Assembly (NCBI GenBank): GCA_951406725.2
Contig: OX597825.1
Span: 25,854,001 to 25,918,000, forward strand
Direction: 5' to 3'
DNA from: Octopus vulgaris
Lineage: Eukaryota
DNA: 64,000 bases
Position numbers and translations under genes: made by a program. The notes under the pieces were generated by a model. It was not told the origin of the DNA. It did not search any database and worked only from the letters and a program-made list of their open reading frames with translations. This document shows positions 54,263-64,000 of the stretch, one piece after another. The number at the start of each line of letters is the position of its first letter. The stretch's first letter is position 1.

Positions 54263-55307
54263 TAATTTACAAGAAAATGCGACGTGATGGGGAAACTTTT
54301 GTTATAAAATTCGAGTTTAACACAATCGACTTCATAATAAAATATACATGATAACTATGTTTATTTCTTGACTCAATGTTTTTACCCACGCTCCACTCAT
54401 ATGCTTGGTCATCATACTACCTTTTCTCCCCTCTCTTTCTCTCTCTCTCTCTCTCTTTCTCTCTATCTGTCTCTCTGTGTATTATCTACCAGTTTCACCA
54501 TGCAACTACCTAGTTGTCTATCAATTGTCAAATGCAAATGTGCAAATACTCACCCAGACACAGCACAAAGAAATAATTTATTGTAAGAGTAAGAAAAATG
54601 TTTATAAAAATTTCCAAAACTATATAATCTACATATCACTGAAATACTATATCTAATATGAATAATTGATAACAGAATAATTATTATTTCAACTAAAAAT
54701 TATACAACTAATTATATTACTTAAATCAAACAACCAGAATGAAGAAGCGGATAAAATAAAGCCAAGATTTAGTATCGAGAGAGATAGATAATTTTCCATG
54801 TGATACTTTTTGTCTGTCAGAAAAACATGAAAGATTTACAAATTGGCCATTTTCCAAATAAACTTTCTAAAAATGATAATGATATCTCTAGTGAACGTAA
54901 AACTTCAATTATTCCGACAAATTATGCAGTAATCTTTAATATTCATCATCAGTTACACTTCTATCAGTTTGACATTAAAATTTGTTCTCTTAACCAGTTT
55001 AAGTTAAGCAAAATTTTAGCAGAAAATGTTATCGATATCAATAGAAAATGGCTACAAGTAGATAGAGCGTCAGAGTAAATGTAGACCTTTAATAATTCAT
55101 ACCGTTGCATCCCGTTTCTTAAATGGAGTCCCGCCTAATTACATTTAGGATTTTGTAACACTGATGTCTATAATACAGATACAGTAATACACAAATGTTT
55201 ATTATGTTGGTAGTGTCTAAGTGAGAATAAACAATACAAAAACGACAATTTCAATTCAACTTTAGTTGGCATAGAAACGGTATAAGGAAATGCTTAATGC
55301 TCTGAAG

Positions 55308-55477
55308 AAGTGGTTCCCAACATTTTTACTACTAAGGACTACTTTTATTTAAATGAGTTTTACCACGGACCCCTTTTTATATTTTCACGGACCCCCAGTA
55401 TGTATGTATGTATGTATGTATGTATGTATGTATGTATGTATGTATGTATGTATGTATGTATAGGGTGGGAACCACTG
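55308..55477. mobile_element. hAT/Charlie-like MITE containing (TATG)n
   Basis: TIR agtggttccca / tgggaaccact(g); internal acggacccc repeats. Confidence 0.72.
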
Positions 55478-57333
55478 CTATAGTGTAGACAAAACCTGTT
55501 TCGTAGTAAAACGGGGTTTTAGGAAGGATCTCCATAATTAAATTACTTGAAAGATATTATATTGATAATGCAGTTTTTGAGAGACAGTTCAACCTCATGG
55601 ACGCTTGATATAGTGTGTAGAACAAATAAGAAAAGCGGAGGAGTATAAATTGACTTCTGTATTTGCTCTAAAAAATAGATAACTATTTATTCAGAAAACT
55701 GTAGGGCACCCTTGTTTTTGCTGCCTGATTACAATGTCTGTTCAAGTATGAGATTCTTTTATTATTACGTGTATAATGTCAGTGAACATTTGTTCCCTGA
55801 ACCCACCTACACTACTTTCCTCAAAATGACACCTGTTATTTCTCTTTCTTTCCTTCTGTCTTTCTTTGTTTCTTTCCTTGTTTCTTTATTTCATTCCAGT
55901 AAATTAAAATACTGAATCTTTCCCGATGATGATATTAGAATGTATAGAAATTGAGAGAGGTCAAACTTCTAAACGATCATGACAAGAGGTTATGGAATAC
56001 AATAAAATATTACTGAAATGTAGAATTATGCCTTCGCTAAACCGTGCATCAAACGTTTTTTTTTTACATTTATTTAAATATCTTAACGTGCTTCTCTTTT
56101 CTACTACTTTTTTTACAATAATAGAAACACCTTATTTAACGGGAAAAGGTTTTGAAGATATTCATAGTGGCTCGGAGTAATTATTATGGGAAACAACGAG
56201 AAAATTTTCATTAATCAAAAATCGAAACTATATGTCACGTTGGTCGTGTTTAACGAAGCGCTATCGTTAGATCCGTATTGATCCCGCGACATAAAACCAC
56301 GCTACTTAAACTGGTCAAAATTGCTGTATTAATACTGGTGATAAAACCCCCTAACTTCCTATTTTATTTCTTTCTAAATTGCAGCACATTTGCACAAAAG
56401 AAATCAGAAGTTTTGAGAAAGGGATGGGTGGGTGAAATGACTGAGAATGAAAATCTTCCACCTTGCAAATTAACAAAAAAGGAGACAACAAACTGTACAT
56501 AGAGATTTGTTACAGAGAAATAGGAAAGAAAGGAGATATTTAACAAACAGTAAGTATCAACGAACAAAAGAAAGCCTCAGAATTCTAAAAGCTACGTCTA
56601 ATTATAATTCTATCTTTTATTCGAAGTGTTGTAGATACGTCACAAATAAGTAAAATTTATTCACTGCCGGAGGAAAGTCTGCAATTGTTTTCGTTTCACT
56701 TTGCGTTTCTTATATTCTTTAATTATCAGAGGAGTTTTCTTTAAAATGTTTAAAGATGAGAATTTTGTTTGGAACATTGAGAAAAGACAACACTGGTGAA
56801 AAGTAGTGTCTTAGACAGTACTGCTGAATAATTAATTTATTTAAATTGTTGTATATATTGTGTCACCCCTACCAGTGGCTTACTTCACTGGTATTGTTGT
56901 TGGTTAACCTCAGGTCTGTTCTCATTTAGAAGACTAATTATAAAAGATTTACCAACCCATACCAAATTCTGCAGTATAAATAAGCTATTATAATATTATC
57001 AAATACATTCGATTTTTGAAAATGATTAAATCTGATGTAAGGAATGGTTACTATCCTGATGTAATGGTTGCTATTTTTAGATGCACAAGCAATAAGAGGG
57101 GAGGAATCTTCCGTTGTATTTCTGTTAACTATTGTAAGGTAACGAAATATTCATCAACAACCTAAAAAAAATTATCTAGAATAATCGCTATTGAAAATTT
57201 CGATTCTATAATCTCTGCGAAGATAAAGCCTTTCGGCTGGTCGCTTTCCCCATTATAAACCGTATTTACATTACAAGATTAGAATACATTATTCAGTTTG
57301 TAGTAGATGAGTGTTTCACGTTATTTATATCTA

Positions 57334-58174
57334 TTGGGTCATCCCATAAATAATGCAGGTTATTTATACTTCTTTTACTTTTCAAAATTAAGGTAAACAA
57401 AGTTCTTCTTTAATCTAAAATATACTTTCCTTCATTGTCTACAATGCAAGGCCCCTTTTCCAACATTCACTTGTGCGTGACAAAAAATACTCCTCCAGTA
57501 CTGTTTTGACTTCGTCTACAGAATTCATATTTTTTCCGTCCATATGTTTTTGAATATTGCGGAATAAATGATAATCAGATAGGGCAATGTCCGGCAAATA
57601 CGGCGAATGGGGCACCGTTTCACATTCAAACTGCTCCAACCTTTGGAATATCATCCTCGCTGTATGTGGCCGAGCATTAACCTGATGGAAGAACACCTTT
57701 CGTCTTGAAATCAAAGCTGGTCGTTTTTCTTCTAGCGCTCACTTCAGCCGCTCAAGCTGCTCGCAATATATCTCCTTTGTTATCGTTTGACTTGGGTTTA
57801 AAAGTTCAAAGTAGACTAAACCTTTCTGTAGTTTCCGGCTCGGAATTTCTGGAACCACTGTTCACACTGGCTTACGCTTATTTCTCGAGCCCCATATACT
57901 GCATTAATATTCCTCCCACTTTCCATTGTATTGTTGCCTTTATTGAACTCATAAAGCAAAATATGCCGAATATGCTTCTTTGTCACTTTCATTATAGCTT
58001 TGAAACCAACTGTTACAATCGAACTTTTGTTCCTCAAAACTTGCACTAAGAATAAGTACAAGATAAAATTATTACATGCTTCTATAGCATGTTGATGCAG
58101 GTAGTTTATCCCGCACCTCCGACTTTTAATTCATGCCATTGAAAAAAACCAGCATTATTTATGGGATGACCCAA
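57334..58174 (-). mobile_element. Internally deleted mariner transposon
   Basis: TIR ttgggtcatcccataaataatgc at both ends with TA TSD; N-terminal HTH (IRHILLYEF..WFQKFRAG) and C-terminal HQVNARPH..PYLPDIALSDYHLFR (YSPDLAPSDY-like); central region missing. Confidence 0.93.
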
Positions 58175-58371
58175 TACATTCACATTCGACATAATTCGTA
58201 AAAAATGAGTTATTAAATTTAACAGTTCTGTAGCTATTTTCCGCGAATAACTTAGTAATATCTATTGGTTGTCAATAGTCCCGTATCACTCCTGGTCCGT
58301 TTCATCTCTTGCCAAAGATGTTTCAGCCGAGACAATAATTCAATATCAATATTGCAACATATGTATTTAGT

Positions 58372-58590
58372 AAGGCCGCAAGCTGGCAGAAACGTTAGCA
58401 CGCCGGGCGAAATGCTTTAGCGGCATTTCGTCCGTCTTCAGCTTCTGAGTTCAAATTCCACTGACGTCCACTTTACCATCTGTCCTTTCGGGGTCGATAA
58501 AATATGTATCAGTTGACAGCCGAGGTCAATGCAATCAACTTGAGTCTCCTATCGGAATTTCTGGCCTTGTTCCAAAAGTTGAAGCCAATA
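58372..58590 (+). mobile_element. SINE family C
   Basis: aaggccgcaagctggcagaaacgttagcacgccgggcg...cctttcggggtcgataa. Confidence 0.85.
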
Positions 58591-59889
58591 TTCGCATCCC
58601 GTATTAAGTAAGCAAAATTTTAAGAAAACAAAATATAATATGATCGAAATTTTTCTCTATTACTTACAAGTGGATCGCACATATAAGGACACTTCTCGCT
58701 CTCAGTTATTGCTTTCCTTGCACATATTCTCATTTATGTACTTTACTGTATTTTTAGTGGATCATTATTGCTATACTTTTCGCTTTATGTAACCTTGACT
58801 TCATCTCACTTTCGATTAAACATAAATACTAATTTTGGTGAAGCGGCCGTAACTAAAACCGTATATGCTTAGAGGATGTTGGTAAAATCAGTTAAGCCTA
58901 AAATCTCATGTAGCCCTACAAACTGGAGATTAAAGCAAATCATTGGTACACATTTAAAATCTTCTGTTGTTGATTACATTCGTGACCTTTCTAGATTGTA
59001 AGGCAAACAATATCTTAATATACGTGGAACACATATATACAGAAATGAATGACTTTTTTCTCTTCAAATTTTACTATTCCTCATTACTTGCAATATTACA
59101 AGAAACGATTTTGTGACGACTCGACAATTGTTTTACATTTCCAACAGTAAAACATGGAAGACTGTTACCTTACAGTTTGTAATTTGTAGTAGAAAAAAAA
59201 GAATTAACAAGAACTCTGATGGAGAATGGAAACAAAAGATAGTCGTACAAAATGCCTTGCGGTATTTAATGTCACTTTATTTCGTTGACAGTTATTTTGC
59301 CTTTCATTCTTCAAGTAATTATTGATAAAATAAATAGTCAATTATTATAGTCGATTACATCGACCATACACTTATATCAATATTCGTGGCTTTGCGCCAA
59401 TGTAAAGAATCAATACCGTCAGGGGATATACATCAGATTGTTAGCACACACAACGCACGATTTAATATTCTTCACTATTTGCTTCCTTTATTTAAAAAAA
59501 AAATCAATTTCTAAAGGAAGAAAGTGTTGTAGCAATCAACTTTCATTATCTCAGAGCCTCCAGGACTGGTTGGGGCATGAGCGGAAGTCGTGCCCAAAAC
59601 GTAAGCCTAGCTGGAATGATTGCAACTGCGAATGATCGCATAATATTTACTCTCAGAAATAGATGAGTGCATTCCAAGTCAACAAAATATTATTCAAAAT
59701 GTCAGGGCTGTTGCTGCATTCAACAATAAGATGTTTCTAATTCCTGTGGAGGATAAGTCCCTTTTAACCCTGATCTAATATACAGATCTATTAGCATAAT
59801 TTTTCCAACTATGGTAATCCCAATCTATTGCATTTTAGACGTAATATACTTCGTATAGGTTAACCCTTCCCAACATATATATATTTCCT

Positions 59890-60092
59890 TTTCACTATAG
59901 GCAAAAGGCAAAAATCCTTAAATATTAGGAGAGTGGGGATAGTCTATTACATTGAGTCCAGTGCACATCTGATATTTATTTCATCGACCACGGAACGATG
60001 AAAAGCTAAGTCGACCTGGGAGAAATTTGAACTCAAAACGTAAAGACGGACGAAATAATTTTACGCATTTTGTTCAGCGTGCTAACGGCTTG
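59890..60092 (-). mobile_element. SINE family C, degenerate
   Basis: aagtcgacctgggagaaatttgaactcaaaacgtaaagacggacg. Confidence 0.75.
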
Positions 60093-60243
60093 CCATCTTA
60101 CATTCTCTCCCTCTCTCTTCTCTCTCTCTCTCCACGCACACACACAAACACCCCCCCCCCCCACACACACACACGTTGATTCGTTAGTTACTGCACGCCT
60201 TTTTTTTCTCTCCTTCTTTCTGTGTTTTTTTTCTCTCTGTGTA

Positions 60244-60281
60244 TCTTTCTGTTGAAGAGCGTAGGCTCGAAACGTTAAAGA
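60244..60281 (+). ncRNA. Variant minimal hammerhead motif (family D, U at core position 6)
   Basis: tcttt-CTGTTGA-a-gagc gtag gctc-GAAAC-GTT-aaaga; stems I and II pair perfectly. Confidence 0.55.
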
Positions 60282-60373
60282 CTTGTTTTATTTATATTTC
60301 CTGAGCGCCATACTAATACAATTGTTTGTTTGTTTTCCACCTGCCTTCGTCTTTTGTCTATTTTCATAAAGCT

Positions 60374-60411
<38 letters not shown>

Positions 60412-61029
60412 ATAAATACAGAAAAACACGCATACACACATGTATATGCAACATGACAAAGAGATACTTAAGTGCTGTGAAGAATGTTTTGCGTTACTAG
60501 TTCCGACAACGTAATTTTACTGAGGTTTAACTTCGTTTTGCATCTTTATGTCGATAGATATAGTATTGGGACAATGTTGGCACAATTTCTTCTACAATCA
60601 CCTTTTCTTCGAGCCTTTCTCTTTTCACAGAAGCAGATTTTATTGAAGCCTATGGAGTGACGGTTTTCACAATGTTTCATATGCTACAGATAATATATAT
60701 ATAACAAACGAGCTTCTAAGTCTCCAGCATGAGTCAACTGTCTACCATAATTTTATGTACCACACGTCTTCCATATTTTTATGTACACATTTATTATATA
60801 AGTGTGTGTTGATCTGTAAACATATATATCTACACACACACACACACACATACATATATATATGTATCTTGGCATGTATAAGTGTACTGTTATATATATA
60901 TATATGTGTGTGTGTGTATGTATAGGTTGTTTATATACGTATAAACCTCTATATTTCTACATACGTATTTATGTGTGTATGTGTTTTTATAAATACACAC
61001 AGTCACAAACACATATACATGTCTGTCTG

Positions 61030-61090
<61 letters not shown>

Positions 61091-61137
61091 ATATATGTAT
61101 GTATATATATGCATATATATATATATATCTGTATATA

Positions 61138-61280
61138 TATATAAGAAAAAGGGACAGGCAAAACAGGGTCTGTCATGCCCGGAGTCCAACTTTGATAGAA
61201 ATAAGCATTCTTGACTGCTATTTCTATTTTTTCGGTATGCGGTCAAGCAACCTGTTTTGCCTGTCCCTTTTTCTTATATA
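61138..61280. mobile_element. MITE-like element with TIRs of about 28 bp in (TA)n
   Basis: tataagaaaaagggacaggcaaaacagg pairs with cctgttttgcctgtccctttttcttata. Confidence 0.8.
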
Positions 61281-61544
61281 CAATATATTTTCTTATATAC
61301 AATATATATACTGAACTTTACAGAAGTTCCTGCCGGTAATCGGCTATATTTACATACCGAATTCTACAAGTAAATAATTGGGGTTTTTTTAAAAGCCTTT
61401 ATAGAAATTATTTACTCTTATCATTGTATATATATATACATATATATATATATATGTATTCATATATGTATATATATGTATTTATATATGTATTTGTATA
61501 TATATATTTATGTATATGTATATATATATGTATATTTTCTCTTT

Positions 61545-61921
61545 CTCTTTTCTCTTTTACTTGTTTCAGTCATTTTGACTGCGGCCATGCTGGAGCACCA
61601 CCTTTTTAGTACTTATTCTATCGGTCTCTTTTTGCCGAACCGCTAAGTGACGGGGACGCAAACACACCAGCATCGGTTGTCAAGCAATGCTAGGGGGACA
61701 AACACAGACACACAATCACACACACATACATACATATATATATATATATACATATATACGACAGGCTTCTTTCAGTTTCCGTCTACCAAATCCACTCACA
61801 AGGCATTGGTCGGCCCGGGGCTATAGCAGAAGACACTTGCCCAAGATGCCACGCAGTGGGACTGAACCCGCAACCGTGTGGTTGGTTAGCAAGCTACTTA
61901 CCACACAGCCACTCCTGCGTC
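61545..61921 (-). mobile_element. SINE family A with small internal deletion
   Basis: ctcttttacttgtttcagtc...ccacacagccactcctgcg. Confidence 0.88.
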
Positions 61922-61953
61922 TATATATAAATATATATATTTATATATGTATT

Positions 61954-61987
<34 letters not shown>

Positions 61988-62021
61988 TGTATGTATGTAT
62001 GTATGTATGTATCTATCTATC

Positions 62022-62053
<32 letters not shown>

Positions 62054-62739
62054 TATAGATAGATACATACATACATGCATACATACATACATGCCTACAT
62101 GTGAGTGTGCATTTGTGTGACACAGAAGTATATTTATACAGACTATCCGTCTTCCAACACTGAATATATAAAACTAATCAATCTTGCTGCTTTCGTATTT
62201 ATATTATTAAATTTAAATATTAAAAGAACCGACGAGACAATTGGATGTTATATAAAGGCAAGGAAATGCACAAGTTACTTAAGGTTACCTGTTCAAGAGG
62301 CCAAAGATCTAGATACATTTGTACGTAGCGAAAGCTGACCGCTATCATCTCAGTGGGGTACCCTCATATGTTACAAAATGACTATTATATTAGACACTGA
62401 GAACAAATTGAAGAGGCTGAAGATATATGTGAATTTTAATCAATGAAATGTTAAAATGCCTTCAGTTAAAATCGTTTGAATAGGTAATAATAACAGGCGT
62501 TAAATGGTGCTGCATAAACAGCTGGATAAATGATGAATGGTTCGGGAAAATGACCTCCGTTGTGCGCAGCCATATTCTAGACCTCTTGGACCCGTACAAA
62601 TGTTGATACTTTGATTACGTTCTTCTTTGTCTTTTCCTTTCTGCCCTCAAACTACTAATTGAGTTGCTAAGTGTTTCATTTCACCGTCCATTCCCTTCTC
62701 TCTTTCAGTACCGTAATTAACGCTGCGTACTCTCGCCCT

Positions 62740-62982
62740 CACCACCACCACCACCACCACCACCACAAACTCTTCCACCACCGCTTACTTACTACTACTA
62801 CTACTACTACTAGTACTACTACTACTACTACTACTACTACTACAAACACCACCACCACCATCACCACCACTACCACCACCACCAATACTGCTACTACTAC
62901 TACTACTACTACAAACAACACCACCATACCCACCACCACCACCCTCTTCACTACTACTACTACTACTACTACAACTACCACC

Positions 62983-63014
<32 letters not shown>

Positions 63015-63138
63015 AACACCACCACCACCACACCCACCACCACCACCCGCTTCCCTACTACCCCCCGCTACTACTACAACAAACAACACCACCACACCCA
63101 CCACGACCACCCTCTTCTCTACTACCACCACCACCACC

Positions 63139-63207
<69 letters not shown>

Positions 63208-63212
63208 GCTAC
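62740..63212. repeat. Compound (ACC)n/(ACT)n trinucleotide tract
   Basis: Read directly from the sequence; source of the poly-T and poly-V ORFs. Confidence 0.9.
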
Positions 63213-63717
63213 TATGCTTTCTCTGCTACGACCTGCCATATATTTTGATTATTTCGATGTTGTCTAAGTGGGGAAAGAGAAGTAGATGAGGAACTGGTTG
63301 GATTATCAGTGCGAAATAACCACTGGCATTTAGCACCGTCCATTCGAATTCTGATTTCTGTTTCACGCTGAGACAGAGGTTAGGTTTCAACTTTTGTATT
63401 CTATAAAACAAGGACCATTAATGTACTAAACTTGACTATAATCCTCTCCTACATTTACATGACCTCTTGACAATAATACAAGTCATTTTAAAGACGACGG
63501 CGATGGTGATAGCGATAATACGTAAATATTTACTTGTAGTGAAGTTAAAGATGACATTTCCAGTACACCGAACATTAACTGCAAACTATAATATGCTATG
63601 AGAAGAAAATAAAGTTAATCAATGTCGAAAAATGCGTTGATGAAAAAAGTTGGAATGTCAACTTATTTACAAGCATTTCACACATATTAATACAGCCATA
63701 ACTTTTATGATTTATCA

Positions 63718-63910
63718 CTTGTTTCAACTATTACACTGCAGTCATGCTGCGGCATCGTCTTACGGAAATGTTAGTCGAATGACTCGTCCCTAATAGTTTT
63801 ATTAAGCCTGATATTTCTAGTAGTCTAACGGTCACTTTTGCCGAACCTCCTGGATACGGAGACGTGAAAACACCAATACTGGCTGTCAAGCGGAGGTGGG
63901 GAACAAACAC
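63718..63910 (-). mobile_element. SINE family A, degenerate 3' half
   Basis: cttgtttca..actgcagtcatgctg..ttttgccgaacc..ctgtcaagc. Confidence 0.7.
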
Positions 63911-63955
63911 AGATACACACACACACATAAAAACACACACACACACACATACACA

Positions 63956-63997
<42 letters not shown>

Positions 63998-64000
63998 TCA

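Overview
This is AT-rich, microsatellite-dense eukaryotic DNA, most likely intronic or intergenic sequence from a coleoid cephalopod (Octopus-like; inferred from the SINE families and repeat density). I recognise no host protein-coding gene, and almost all listed ORFs are translated microsatellites. Supported content: (1) many tRNA-derived SINEs of at least three families; (2) four relics of restriction-like-endonuclease (R4/Dong-type) non-LTR retrotransposons, two of them abutting (AAT)n, one with twin-priming-like geometry; (3) an internally deleted mariner, a non-autonomous Helitron and several MITE/fold-back elements. The most notable signal is a dense set of type I hammerhead ribozyme (HHR) motifs from several non-coding families, mostly in the inverted-arm architecture typical of Penelope-like elements (PLEs). 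These include a back-to-back pair of retrozyme-like units (38.9-40.1 kb), a tRNA-headed SINE with an HHR tail (16.8-17.3 kb), two long-stem-II HHRs (29.0 and 50.0 kb) and a six-copy family with a non-canonical CUGU(U/A)GA core. Structures were paired by eye, activity is untested, and boundaries of degenerate copies are approximate.
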